This document shows, piece by piece, positions 44,244 through 54,385 of a DNA stretch of 64,000 nucleotides. The stretch's first letter is position 1. Each line of letters starts with the position of its first letter. The stretch covers positions 1-64,000 of the IMG/VR virus record IMGVR_UViG_3300028173_000007, one strand, 5' to 3'. A program made the position numbers and the translations under genes. The DNA comes from a virus. The notes beneath the pieces were generated by a model, which made no database searches, was not told the origin of the DNA, and was given only the letters and a program-made list of their open reading frames with translations.

Positions 44244-46738
44244 GTGCGAGCTCGGTGCAGACGACGAAGGGCTCAACCCACGTCCCCGGCGTCTATAACG
44301 AAACGAAGGTCGTCGGCATCCCCCTCGCGACGCCTGGCGCAAAGGTGCTCGTGCTCATCGGTGAGGCCGAGGGCGCGGAACCGGGCAAGATCCACACCCT
44401 CACGCGGCCGGGCGCGGCCCGCGCGCTCTTTCGCTCGGGTGACCTGCTCGACGCGGCCCTCATGGCCTTTGACCCGAGCCGCTCGGCGAAGATCACCGGC
44501 CGCCCGGCGCAGGTGTTCGCGTACAAGACGAACCCCGCCACGCAGTCGGCCGTCACCCTCGGGAACGGGGACGGTGACGCCCTCGTGCTCACCAGCCGCG
44601 ATTATGGCCTGTTCACGTCGCGCATCGGCGTTGACCTGACCTTGGGGACGAACCAGGGCTTCAAGGTGGACGTGGAGCTCGACGGGAAGACCGAGAGCGC
44701 CGACGACCTCGGCGGCGTCGCGGCCTTCACCGCCGACTACGCCACCACCGGCGACGCCGCCACCATGCAAATGGTCGTGAGCGACACCGAGATCCGCGCG
44801 GACTACACGGTGGCCCGTGCCGGCCTGGCGATCACCGACCCGGCCGCGGCCGGACTCGTCGAGGTCCTGAGCTCAAGTGCCTACGACGCGCACCAGCGCG
44901 TCACCGTCTATGGGCTGGACGCCGGCGGCGATCCGGTCTTCGAGGTCTTCGCGCTCAACGGCGTGACGGCCGTTGTCGGGTCGCAGACCTTCGGCCAGGT
45001 CACCGGCTGGCGCGTGGATGGCGCCACCGCTGGCGTGATCACGGTGCAGGAGGACGGCGCGGGCGGCGTGCTGGACACCACCGCGGCCACGCTCAGCGTG
45101 GCGGCCACCGGCAAGGTGGAGGTGGTGAGCACCGACGCCGACGACACCGGCCGGATCATCGTCGAGGGCCTCTCCGCGGCCGGGAACCCCATCGCGGAGA
45201 CGCTCACCCTGGCCGGCCTGGGCGTGGTGGCCGGCGCGCTCGTCTTCGACAAGGTGACGCGCGCGCGCCTCGTGGGCGTGGCCGAGGGCAACGTCTCGGT
45301 GCGGCAGAACAGCGACAACGCGGTCGCCTTCACCATCGCCGCGGGCAGTCTCACCGCGGGCGTGGACATCAACGAGGGGCTGTACCTCCCCGACGCGATG
45401 GCCTTCGACTCGGTGATCAGCACCATCCTTGACGCGGCCAGCGTGGGCGCCGTCCTCGTGGTGCGCGGGCTGAACCGGGCCGGCGCCGCGGTGGCCGAGA
45501 AGGTGGCCCTGCTCGACTCGGCCGTGCTCACCACCGCCGACGTGGTGCAGGTGACGCAGATCGAGCTCGGCGCCCTTCCGGTGGCCCGCACGGTGACCCT
45601 CTCGGGAACCGCGGCGAGCTCGAAGGTGGCCGAGCGGCCGCTACTGCGCGACGCCGTGGCCTACTTCAACGCCCTTCCCGGCTTCGCCGCGGCGACGGCC
45701 TCCCCGGCGGCCTTCAAGGTGGTGGACCTCGACAGCGCCAGCCAGTCGATCCGAAGCGCGACCCCCGTCGACTTCGGCGCCGATCTCGTCGCCCTCGTGG
45801 GGTGGTTCAACGCTTCGAGTCGACTCGTCTCGGCCGCGGCCAGCGCCGGCGCCACCGGGGCGCCCTCAGTCCTCGCACAGCGCGCCTACCTCGTGGGCGG
45901 GGCCGAGGGCACCACGGCGATGGATCATTGGCGCGCGGCCCTCCTGGCCGCGAAGAAGGCCACCCTCGACGCGGCCTTCAAGGCCTCCCGCCAGGTGATC
46001 GTTCCCCTGAGCGACTCCGATGCGGTCCACAACCTGATCAACGGCGAGCTCCGCGCCCGCGACGGCGTGCATGAGGCCGCCGCGTTCCTCGGGCTCGCCA
46101 CCACGAAAGACAAGGCCGCGATCAAGACCGCGATCCGCGCCGGGAACAACCGGCAGATCGCGTTCAGTGCGCAACAGGTGGTGGCCTTCGACGACAGCGG
46201 CGCCGAACGCACCATGCCGGCGTGGTCCTGGCCCGTGCTCCTGGGCGCGCTCATGTGCGGCAGCCGCACGGCCGAGCCGCTCACCGAGGCCGAGGGCAAC
46301 ACGATCCGCACGGTGAACCATGCGTCGTGGGATGCGGTCGACGACATCGAGGAAATGATCGCGGCCGGGCTGATCGTCGTGCATGGGCGCCAGGTGGTGC
46401 GCTCGGTGTCCTCGTGGCTGGAGGACGACAATCGGTACTACACCGAGGTCTCCACGAATGAGAGCCTCGACGACTCGGCCTTCAACATGCGGCGCGCGCT
46501 GCGCCCGCTGGTGGGGGCGCCGGACTTCGACGGGAGCGCCTCGACGCTCCGCTCCGCGGCCTTGGCCGAGCTCGAACGGCAGGTGACCCGCGGCGAGATC
46601 AAGACCTTCAACCCCGAGGGCGTGGTCGTGACGGACATCGGGGACGGCTTCGACGTGGACTATGAGATCGAGCCCGTCGAGCCGATCAACTTCATCCGGC
46701 CGACCGCCTACGCTCAGCCGCTCTCTGTCCGCATCTAG
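44240..46738 (+). CDS. Contractile tail sheath protein (832 aa, with inserted repeats)
   Basis: HVPGVY..LIGEAEG..FRSGDLLDA..SRDYG N-terminus; LVGGAEG; C-terminal YEIEPVEPINFI. Confidence 0.9.
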   Translation: MSASSVQTTKGSTHVPGVYNETKVVGIPLATPGAKVLVLIGEAEGAEPGKIHTLTRPGAARALFRSGDLLDAALMAFDPSRSAKITGRPAQVFAYKTNPATQSAVTLGNGDGDALVLTSRDYGLFTSRIGVDLTLGTNQGFKVDVELDGKTESADDLGGVAAFTADYATTGDAATMQMVVSDTEIRADYTVARAGLAITDPAAAGLVEVLSSSAYDAHQRVTVYGLDAGGDPVFEVFALNGVTAVVGSQTFGQVTGWRVDGATAGVITVQEDGAGGVLDTTAATLSVAATGKVEVVSTDADDTGRIIVEGLSAAGNPIAETLTLAGLGVVAGALVFDKVTRARLVGVAEGNVSVRQNSDNAVAFTIAAGSLTAGVDINEGLYLPDAMAFDSVISTILDAASVGAVLVVRGLNRAGAAVAEKVALLDSAVLTTADVVQVTQIELGALPVARTVTLSGTAASSKVAERPLLRDAVAYFNALPGFAAATASPAAFKVVDLDSASQSIRSATPVDFGADLVALVGWFNASSRLVSAAASAGATGAPSVLAQRAYLVGGAEGTTAMDHWRAALLAAKKATLDAAFKASRQVIVPLSDSDAVHNLINGELRARDGVHEAAAFLGLATTKDKAAIKTAIRAGNNRQIAFSAQQVVAFDDSGAERTMPAWSWPVLLGALMCGSRTAEPLTEAEGNTIRTVNHASWDAVDDIEEMIAAGLIVVHGRQVVRSVSSWLEDDNRYYTEVSTNESLDDSAFNMRRALRPLVGAPDFDGSASTLRSAALAELERQVTRGEIKTFNPEGVVVTDIGDGFDVDYEIEPVEPINFIRPTAYAQPLSVRI

Positions 46739-46746
46739 GAGGACCG

Positions 46747-47190
46747 ATGCCCAACGCGAACACCGGAATTCAGCGCGGCGCAGTCCAGCACGGCGCTCGC
46801 GGCTACCTCACGGTTGGGGGAAAGACGGTCGGCTATGTGCAGTCCGTCTCCTGGCAAGAGGGCACCGAGTTTCAGCCGCTCGACGTGCTCGACAACTTGG
46901 AGACCGAAGAACACGTCCCGGTGGCCTACACCGTGTCGGGGTCCGTCTCGCTGGTGAAGGTGGTAGACCGCTCGCTCAAGCGGGCCGGGATTCAGACCCC
47001 CATCGCCCAGGTGCTCGGGGCGGGAACGCTCACCATCGAGATCAAGGACCGCCCGACGGATCAAGCTACCAACATCATCGAGGGCGTCCGGTTCAGCACG
47101 AAGTCGGGCAACATGGCGAAGCGCCAGATCACCGTCGAGAATCTCCAGTTCGTCGCGCTTCGGATGCGCGACGAGTCGGGGCTGGTGTAG
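46747..47190 (+). CDS. Tail tube protein
   Basis: 147 aa after the sheath; VGYVQSV..EEHVPVAY..VENLQFVAL; AGGAGG RBS. Confidence 0.85.
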   Translation: MPNANTGIQRGAVQHGARGYLTVGGKTVGYVQSVSWQEGTEFQPLDVLDNLETEEHVPVAYTVSGSVSLVKVVDRSLKRAGIQTPIAQVLGAGTLTIEIKDRPTDQATNIIEGVRFSTKSGNMAKRQITVENLQFVALRMRDESGLV

Positions 47191-47251
47191 CAGCACCGCC
47201 CCCCCCCACCCGCACCCCGGCCAGGCCGGGCCTCACGACCAGGGGTAGACC

Positions 47252-47710
47252 ATGACGAAGACCGACGACGCCGCCGCCCTCCTGGGCGAGCTCGACGAAG
47301 CCGCGGCCCTCCGCGAGCTCACCAGCGCAGGCAAGCCCACCGACGCCCCCGAGATCATCCCCCGCGAGAAGGTGATCGGCATCCACTACAGGTGCGGCGA
47401 CGGCGAGGTGCTCGAAGGTGCGCTCACCTTCTCGGTGCCCAGCGTGCGGCAAGAGCGCGTGATCGAGGCGCGCAAGGCGCAACTGTGCGGCGGCATCCCT
47501 CCGATCACCGAGGCGGGTATGTACCTCATCGAGCAGATCGCTTACTTGGAGGTCTGCACCGCCAACCGGCCAAAGTGGATGGCCGAGGTGCAGGACATCC
47601 CCGACCCTGCGCTCCTGGGCGCCCTGTATCGGGAGGCGCGCGAGCACCACGCGCGGTTTCGTGGAGCCGCGCGCGATCTTCGGCCGGGTGCTGGGGACGC
47701 TCAGCGATAG
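47252..47710 (+). CDS. Tail assembly chaperone (G-like)
   Basis: Between tube and tape measure; IAYLEV..PKW..LY..FR pattern. Confidence 0.75.
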   Translation: MTKTDDAAALLGELDEAAALRELTSAGKPTDAPEIIPREKVIGIHYRCGDGEVLEGALTFSVPSVRQERVIEARKAQLCGGIPPITEAGMYLIEQIAYLEVCTANRPKWMAEVQDIPDPALLGALYREAREHHARFRGAARDLRPGAGDAQR

Positions 47711-47981
47711 CGAGGCCCGCGTTCGCCAGGCCTGGGAGGATGTCTTCGGGCAGCCCGCGGCGGGCAACCCGCTTTGGCATGACCAGCCCTGGGCGGTGAG
47801 CCTGGCCGCGGTGCTGGAGAAGCGCGTCCGCGAGGACCGCGCCGACCCGGTGGCCTCGCGGGAACTCGAACACCTGCTAGAGTCCTACCTGTCCGGCCGT
47901 GACCCTGACCGATACGACCCGGTGGTCGACGAGATCGAGGCGGCCATCGCACGGGGCGAGGACCCCTTCGAGGACTCGTGA
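47661..47981 (+). CDS. Tail assembly chaperone extension (T-like), probably reached by a +1 frameshift
   Basis: +1 frame relative to 47252; begins within CGG-TTT-CGT (47654-47662); no nearby RBS; GTGA-coupled to the next gene. Confidence 0.65.
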   Translation: MEPRAIFGRVLGTLSDSEARVRQAWEDVFGQPAAGNPLWHDQPWAVSLAAVLEKRVREDRADPVASRELEHLLESYLSGRDPDRYDPVVDEIEAAIARGEDPFEDS

Positions 47982-49801
47982 GCGACTACAAAACCACCCT
48001 CAAAGTCGACGCGGATACCTCGGGGCTCCAGGCCGCCCGCGACGAGCTCGCCAAACTCCACGAGGAACGCGCCCGCTTTGAGCAAGGCCGAGACCCGACC
48101 ACCGGGGCCCCCGGTGGCGCCGGGGGCCCCGGTGGCGGCGCGGGGGGTGGCGGTGGCGGCGGCGCCGAGGGCGGCGCGCGCGCGGCCCGAGAGGTGGAAG
48201 AAGTAGAGCGCCGGCGGGTGGTCACACGCGACGGGCGGGTCACCACCTACGACTACGACGAAGACGGCAACCTCACCCGCACGAGGACCCGGCGCACCGT
48301 CGGCCAGTGGGGAAAGGACACCGCCGGCCAGGCAGTCAATCAGGCGCCGGGCTACGGCATGATCGCGACTGCGCTCGCCGGCATCCCGGTCATTGGCGGG
48401 CTCCTGGCGTCGGGCGTCTCGGGCCTCATGGAGACCCGCAGCCGCTATGCCGCCTATGAGTCCTCAGAGGCCGACCTCCTGGCGCTTGAGGGCAACACCC
48501 GCACCAGTCGGCCCGAGGGCCTGGGCGTGCGTCTGGGGCTCGGGCCGGCGGCCCTGCGCGGGCAACTGCGCGGGCTCCTGGGCGGCGGGTACAACCAAGA
48601 CGCCCTGACGAGCGCCGGCATGGGCGCAGGGGCCGACGCCATCGCCCGGCGGCTGGCCGTCACGGCGGCGCTCACGGCGGGCGATGCCTACGGGATCGAC
48701 TCGGGCACGTTCGGGGAGTACCTCGGCCAGTGGAAAGAGGGCGGGGGCCTCTCCCGCCGGTCGATGGGCAGCACCGACCCATACTCCCACATGATGCTTT
48801 CGATGAGCGGCGCGCGGCTGGCCGAGAATTCGCCCCAGGACATCGGCCGCTATCTGTCCATGATCGCGGCGAACACCGCGAACATGGCCGAGCAGGGGCT
48901 CAACATCGACCCGCTGGCGCTGGTGACCCTCGGGGAGACTCTGCGCCAGGTGGGAGGCGGGAGCGCAGCGGGGATTGACCTCTCGCGCCAGGCTACAGGC
49001 CTGCGCGGCATGAAGGCCGGCCAGGCCTGGGGGAACATGCTCATGGGCGTGGGCCGCGGCCAGGGCTCGCCCATGCAGGAGGCCATGATTCACGACCTCA
49101 TGGGGACCGGCGACGGCGAAAGCTACTTCGAGAACAGCTTTCGGCTTCAAAACGTCATGCATAACCCGCAGGAGGCGGCGGGCCTGCTCCTGAGCACGAT
49201 CAAGCGGTTTCGGGAGTCGCCGGGCGACAAGTACGAGCGGTGGTGGACGATGAGCCAGTTCTTCCCCGACCAGAACCCGAACGACCTCATGGCGTGGCTC
49301 ACCGGCGACGAGCTCCCCGAACTCGGGGAGGTGTCGGCAGCCCTCGGGGGGAACGTCGGGGACACGGCGGCGGACATCGGCAAGCGCGCCGGCCGGTCCC
49401 GCCAGTTCAAGAAATCCGAGGCGGGCATGGAACGCGAAGACGTGCAACGCCTTCGCGGGGACGCCTCGGCCCGAGGCTTTGTGCTCAAGGCGGATCGGGC
49501 TTTCTTCGACGCCAAGCGGGTGATTCTCGACACAACGATCCTCACGCCGGGAAGCCTCCTGATCAAGACCATCGACCACCTCAAAGACAAGGCGACGGCG
49601 GCGCCGGGCGACAAGGGCGTCATGCGCCAACTGCAAGAGTGGCTCCTGCCAGGCGGGGCGGCGGCCAAGGGGGCGAAGGCGGTCCCGGTCAAAAAGACCC
49701 AAGTGGAGATCGTGCCTACTGAGGGCCTTCAACACATGTTCCGGTTCATCGAGCGTATTGAAAGCGGCGAGGGCGAAGGCGCCTTCTCGAACTACGGGTG
49801 A
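47978..49801 (+). CDS. Tape measure protein (607 aa)
   Basis: Position after the chaperones; Gly/Ala-rich helical with hydrophobic LAGIPVIGGLLA segment. Confidence 0.7.
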   Translation: MSDYKTTLKVDADTSGLQAARDELAKLHEERARFEQGRDPTTGAPGGAGGPGGGAGGGGGGGAEGGARAAREVEEVERRRVVTRDGRVTTYDYDEDGNLTRTRTRRTVGQWGKDTAGQAVNQAPGYGMIATALAGIPVIGGLLASGVSGLMETRSRYAAYESSEADLLALEGNTRTSRPEGLGVRLGLGPAALRGQLRGLLGGGYNQDALTSAGMGAGADAIARRLAVTAALTAGDAYGIDSGTFGEYLGQWKEGGGLSRRSMGSTDPYSHMMLSMSGARLAENSPQDIGRYLSMIAANTANMAEQGLNIDPLALVTLGETLRQVGGGSAAGIDLSRQATGLRGMKAGQAWGNMLMGVGRGQGSPMQEAMIHDLMGTGDGESYFENSFRLQNVMHNPQEAAGLLLSTIKRFRESPGDKYERWWTMSQFFPDQNPNDLMAWLTGDELPELGEVSAALGGNVGDTAADIGKRAGRSRQFKKSEAGMEREDVQRLRGDASARGFVLKADRAFFDAKRVILDTTILTPGSLLIKTIDHLKDKATAAPGDKGVMRQLQEWLLPGGAAAKGAKAVPVKKTQVEIVPTEGLQHMFRFIERIESGEGEGAFSNYG

Positions 49802-49805
49802 GCCG

Positions 49806-51491
49806 ATGATGGGAGACCTGCCCGTCAAGGGGCACGACAAGTTGCGGCCAGGTGCGCAGGTGGTAGACCACGGGCACCGCTACACGCCGCGGTTGACCTT
49901 CTACAGCTACGCCAGCGGCGAGCTCGAAGCGGGCGCATACGTTACGGGCTTCGACGTGTCCACCGATCTGAGCAACCCCGAGGGCCAGTGGTCGGCCACG
50001 CTCAAGCGGCGGATCTTCCCGCTGGGCGACAGCGACGCCCAGCCGGACGTTGACCGCGATTGGGGCGCGCTCCTGAGCCCCGGCGACTGGTGTCTGATCA
50101 CCGTTCACGACGGCCACCACGGGTGGCCGCTTCGCCTGGGCCGCATCGACGATATCCACCGCTCGCGCGAGGCCGGCCAGGGCGGCGTGACGCGCTACAC
50201 CTACAGCGTGAGCGGCTCGAACGCGGGCTCATGCCTCACGAAGCACGAGGTGGTGGTCCTCCCGCAGTTCAAGGGCGCGACGGCGGCCGACCTGCTCCGC
50301 GACTTGGGCCCGTTTCACCGCTCCCTGGGCCGGGTCCTGTTCCGCTTCGGGAAGGATGGCGTGGCGCCGCACGAGCTCGTGCCGTCCCTGCTCTACTTCT
50401 TCCTCGGCCGCTACACCGGCGAGACCTACGGGCGCTCGGCGGCGCCGGTCTTCACCCTTCCGCCGACGATGCCGGTCAAGCCCATCGGCCGACCGGAGGA
50501 CGTGTTCGGGCGGCTGGGGGACGGCTGGCCCTTGGGCGACCTCCTGCGCTTCGAGACCGAGCGCCTCGACGGGCGCGTCGTGATCCGAGAGCTCATGGCC
50601 GGACTGCCCGACGGCCAACGGCTGTGGGACTACCTCGGGAGCTTCTCAGACCCCGACGTAAACGAGTTCTTCGTCGACTTCCTCCCGAACTCCTGGGAAG
50701 TGGGAAAGTCTATGTCCGTCGAGGACTTCACCCACGACGGCGGCGACATCGACTTCTCGCCGCGCGCGGTGCTGCGGCGCCGGCCCTTCCCGTCGGAGGC
50801 CTACATGACGGCCCGCGCTATCGGCTTCGGCGTGGAGCCCATCGGGCCGACCGGCGTCGAGCGGTGGCAGCGTCTCCCCTGGACGATGATCGACGAGCGC
50901 CAACTGCAATCGGACGAGACGGGGCGCAGCGACCGCGAGCGGTTCAACTTCTACTTGTCCCTTCCGCACTCCAGCTTCGGCGGCCACCCCTACTCGCTCG
51001 CCCTCGGCTCGGGCTCGCGCGGCGAGCTCCCGATCACGGCGGGGACCCGCAACGCGGTGGGCGAGGGGACCGACCTTGACCGCGCCGAGCGTCACGGGTG
51101 GCGCAGGCGGGAGATCCGCTCGCCCTACCTCCCGACCGACCCGAGGGCGCACACCGCGCAATACTACGTCTGGAGCCGGCTACTTGCCGACTGGAATCAG
51201 GGGAACGCCGAGCGATGGTCGGGGACCCTGACCACCGGCCGGATGCTCCCCGGCGTGCGGGTGGGCGAGCGGCTCCACGTCTTTCGGGACGGCCGCTCGC
51301 GCGTCGAGGGGTACTACATCGAGCGGGTGTCGCACTCGTGGCGGCGCGCGGGGACCGGCGAGCGCACCAGTACAACGATGTCCGTCACGAGGGGCAGCGA
51401 AGACCCGCTCGGCGGCTACAGCCCGAAGGGCTGGGGGGCGGACACCGACGGCGCCGACCTGCGGCGGATCCTGATCGGAGACACCGCGTGA
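49806..51491 (+). CDS. Baseplate hub protein (gp27/gpD-like)
   Basis: After the tape measure; NEFFVD..LRRRPF..GVRVGERL..YYIERVSHSW..TMSVTRG. Start taken as ATG 49806. Confidence 0.75.
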   Translation: MMGDLPVKGHDKLRPGAQVVDHGHRYTPRLTFYSYASGELEAGAYVTGFDVSTDLSNPEGQWSATLKRRIFPLGDSDAQPDVDRDWGALLSPGDWCLITVHDGHHGWPLRLGRIDDIHRSREAGQGGVTRYTYSVSGSNAGSCLTKHEVVVLPQFKGATAADLLRDLGPFHRSLGRVLFRFGKDGVAPHELVPSLLYFFLGRYTGETYGRSAAPVFTLPPTMPVKPIGRPEDVFGRLGDGWPLGDLLRFETERLDGRVVIRELMAGLPDGQRLWDYLGSFSDPDVNEFFVDFLPNSWEVGKSMSVEDFTHDGGDIDFSPRAVLRRRPFPSEAYMTARAIGFGVEPIGPTGVERWQRLPWTMIDERQLQSDETGRSDRERFNFYLSLPHSSFGGHPYSLALGSGSRGELPITAGTRNAVGEGTDLDRAERHGWRRREIRSPYLPTDPRAHTAQYYVWSRLLADWNQGNAERWSGTLTTGRMLPGVRVGERLHVFRDGRSRVEGYYIERVSHSWRRAGTGERTSTTMSVTRGSEDPLGGYSPKGWGADTDGADLRRILIGDTA

Positions 51492-52609
51492 AGCCACCGT
51501 TCCGCTATCAGGAGGCCACGCCGCGCCGGGTGCGCGGGCGTCCCCCGCGCCAGGTGAAGCAGACCTTCCCCACGCGGGGGGTCGTCATGGCGGTTCACTT
51601 TGCAGACGAGACCGAGGGCGGCGAACTCCCGTCCGCGGCCTACCACCACCCCGCCCAGGTGACGTGCGACGTGTTGACGTGGTGGGGCGGCGCTATCTAC
51701 GACGTGCCGGTCATGCAACGCGGATCCTCGGTGGGTGACGCGGAGCTCTGGACGCCGCGGCCGGCGACGCGGACCCTCGACGGATCCCCGCTCGTGTGGG
51801 AGCAGACCCCCGAGGACGCCCCGGCCGACCCCGAGAACACCGACGGGGAGTGGGTCGTCGTCGCGTTCTTCGACGGGGACCCCTCGGCGCCCTACATCGA
51901 GGGGAGCATCCCCCACCCCAGGACGCGGCGCGCGCACGGTGGCGCCCAGGCCCGCGAGGCCTTCGACCCCACGGCCGACGGCTCTATGCCGATCACACCC
52001 CACGGGCATGAGCGGTACACCGCTCACGCGGGGTCTGTGCTGCGCGTGGACGCTTCGGGGAACGTCCGCTTGGACACGCGCCAGGCCGGGGAGGACCAGA
52101 CCGGAGAGGGCGCCCCGAGCGGCGGTCATGTTGACGTGGATCTCCGCTCGGGCGCCTGGGTCACCCTTCGATACGACGGCGGGCGCCAGGTGCGCTTGCG
52201 GCTCGACGGCGACGGCACCCCGCAACTGGATATCTTCGCAGGGGATCGGCCGCTGGCGCGGCTCTCGGACTACATCGAGATCAACGCCACCACGTCGCCC
52301 CTCTGGGCCGCATTCATCGCGGCGGTGGTCGCCGCACACCAGACGGTCATTCCGCCGCTACAGGCCGCAGCGAACGCCCAGGGAACCACGGTGGACGCCC
52401 TCGCAGCCTGGGCGGCAACGCCGGCCCCGCCCAACAACGGCCGGCCCCCGTTCGTCGCGCCTGACGTGGGCGAGGTGCTCCCTGTGCCGCCGCCGGCGGC
52501 GGGCCCGTTCCCGGCGCCATACGATCAAACGCCCGGCGGCGCCCCGCCGGCGGGCTTCCAGGCGGTCGGCCAGGTGGTCACCGCGAGCTCGCAGATCCGG
52601 GGGACCTGA
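51488..52609 (+). CDS. Baseplate central spike (gpV/gp5 OB-fold-like)
   Basis: GTGA coupling; GEWVVVAFFDGDPSAPYIEGSIPH OB-fold signature, then beta repeats. Confidence 0.75.
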   Translation: MKPPFRYQEATPRRVRGRPPRQVKQTFPTRGVVMAVHFADETEGGELPSAAYHHPAQVTCDVLTWWGGAIYDVPVMQRGSSVGDAELWTPRPATRTLDGSPLVWEQTPEDAPADPENTDGEWVVVAFFDGDPSAPYIEGSIPHPRTRRAHGGAQAREAFDPTADGSMPITPHGHERYTAHAGSVLRVDASGNVRLDTRQAGEDQTGEGAPSGGHVDVDLRSGAWVTLRYDGGRQVRLRLDGDGTPQLDIFAGDRPLARLSDYIEINATTSPLWAAFIAAVVAAHQTVIPPLQAAANAQGTTVDALAAWAATPAPPNNGRPPFVAPDVGEVLPVPPPAAGPFPAPYDQTPGGAPPAGFQAVGQVVTASSQIRGT

Positions 52610-54382
52610 ATGGCAGTCACACACAGCGAGCGCCCGAGCCGGTGGCGGTTCACCTACGCGATGGAGCTCGTCGCCATCGACGGCAGCGGCCGCGGCGCGA
52701 ACCGGGTGCTGAACCTCCCGATCAACCCGACTTCCGTCGCGTACCGGAGCACGCCCGGCAACGATGAGACGTGGACCGCTGGCGGCGTAGCCCTCGAAGA
52801 TTCGGGATTCGTGTCTCGCGATATCACGATCCAGGGCTCGCCAGGCCTGGAACCGAAACGGGGGTGGAAACTGGAGAGCACCGACCCGCACAAGCCGGAA
52901 ACGGGCTTCACCTTCCGAGACGGAAACGAGCTCTTTGCGGAGCTATGGCGGTGGTTCGAGTTCTACGCCGAGCTCAAGCGCCGACAAGACGTTGCGAGCA
53001 AGTGGTTCATGGTGTGGCACGACTTCCGCCGCGGCTGGCATTGGGTCGTGCAGCCGAAGGAGTGGGACACCTCGCGGGAGGCGAAGCAGCACCGGCTACA
53101 CCACCCGTTCGAGTTCCGGCTCAAGGCCGTTTCGGACTACGACGCGCTCGCCCTGGGCGGCGTGGCGGGCTTCTTCGCAGACGTGCGGAGCGCCACCGAC
53201 GAGATCGCCGGGCTCCTGCTCGACGCGGCCGGCTACCTGGCGGACATCGACTCGTTTCGCTCGGAGGCCGACCAGACGTTCCTCGGCGGCATCCAGCAGG
53301 TGATCTCGGCGGGCGGCCGCATCCTCGACGGCCTGGCCGCGGTCTCCGCTGGCGTGCGGGACACCCTCAACTTTGAGAACCGACTCGCGGCGCAGATGGC
53401 GACGCTCGTGGACGGGCTCGCCTACGAGCTCAGTGCGGCCTTCGGGAAGCACCGAGACGGCGCGGCCGCGCCGGGGGCTGGTGACCCTTGGACGCCTGGG
53501 AACCAGCCGGCGAGCCGCGCGGTGGCGGCCTACCGGGCCACGCAGCAAATGTCGCAGTCCCTCGACCGGATGAGAGCTCGCCGCGACCTGTGGGAACCGG
53601 ACCTTCCCGAAGCGCGCGCCCGGCGGCGCGCGCTTCGAGCGGGCGCAACGGCCCTCAGTGACGCGGAGGTGGCCGCGCCCGGCGTGCTGGCCATCGGTGC
53701 CCGCGCCACGGCCGGGTCGGCGTACACGCGCGCTCTGGCGCGCAGACGAGAGGCCGAGCGGGAGAGCTTGCCGACCTACACGGGGACTCGGGCCTACGTC
53801 GTGGCGCCGGGGGACACCCTGCTCTCGATTGCGCTCGAAGAAGTGGGGGCCCGCGACGCATGGACGGATATTGCGGCCATCAACAGCCTGCGGCACCCCT
53901 ACATGAGCCGAGCTCGCACGCCGGGCACGGTGGCGCCTGGGGATACGATCATCGTGCCCACCTTCGGGACCTCGAAGCCGTCCCCCAGGGGCACGAGGGC
54001 TGAAATCGAGCGGGAGGCCCTCGGGGTGGACTTCGAGCTCACCGCCGGCGGGCTCGTCTACAACGCCGCCGGCGACGGCTACCGAACGGTGGAAGGTGTG
54101 GCCTGCTACCTGCAATCCATCAACGAGGTGCGCTTCGGTACGAAGTTCGGGGAGAACCTCACCTGGCCGTCCGTGGGCATCCTGGCCCCGGTGGGCTCGC
54201 CCAATCGCGACGGGACACCATCGGCTGTGGCACTCTCTGTGCGCCGCGCGTGCCTCACCGACCCGAGGACGGCCGAAGTTGTGGATCTCGAATTCATCGA
54301 CGGTGGAGACACCATCGACGTAGTGGCCACGCTCCGACCCCAGGGGTTTACGGGTACGCTCACCGTCCAGCGGAGGGCCTGA
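52610..54382 (+). CDS. Fused tube-initiator + LysM + gp25/gpW-like baseplate protein
   Basis: N-terminal LPINPTSV; YVVAPGDTLLSIA..WTDIAAINSL (LysM); C-terminal VEGVACYLQSI..LTDPR. Confidence 0.75.
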   Translation: MAVTHSERPSRWRFTYAMELVAIDGSGRGANRVLNLPINPTSVAYRSTPGNDETWTAGGVALEDSGFVSRDITIQGSPGLEPKRGWKLESTDPHKPETGFTFRDGNELFAELWRWFEFYAELKRRQDVASKWFMVWHDFRRGWHWVVQPKEWDTSREAKQHRLHHPFEFRLKAVSDYDALALGGVAGFFADVRSATDEIAGLLLDAAGYLADIDSFRSEADQTFLGGIQQVISAGGRILDGLAAVSAGVRDTLNFENRLAAQMATLVDGLAYELSAAFGKHRDGAAAPGAGDPWTPGNQPASRAVAAYRATQQMSQSLDRMRARRDLWEPDLPEARARRRALRAGATALSDAEVAAPGVLAIGARATAGSAYTRALARRREAERESLPTYTGTRAYVVAPGDTLLSIALEEVGARDAWTDIAAINSLRHPYMSRARTPGTVAPGDTIIVPTFGTSKPSPRGTRAEIEREALGVDFELTAGGLVYNAAGDGYRTVEGVACYLQSINEVRFGTKFGENLTWPSVGILAPVGSPNRDGTPSAVALSVRRACLTDPRTAEVVDLEFIDGGDTIDVVATLRPQGFTGTLTVQRRA

Positions 54383-54385
54383 TCC

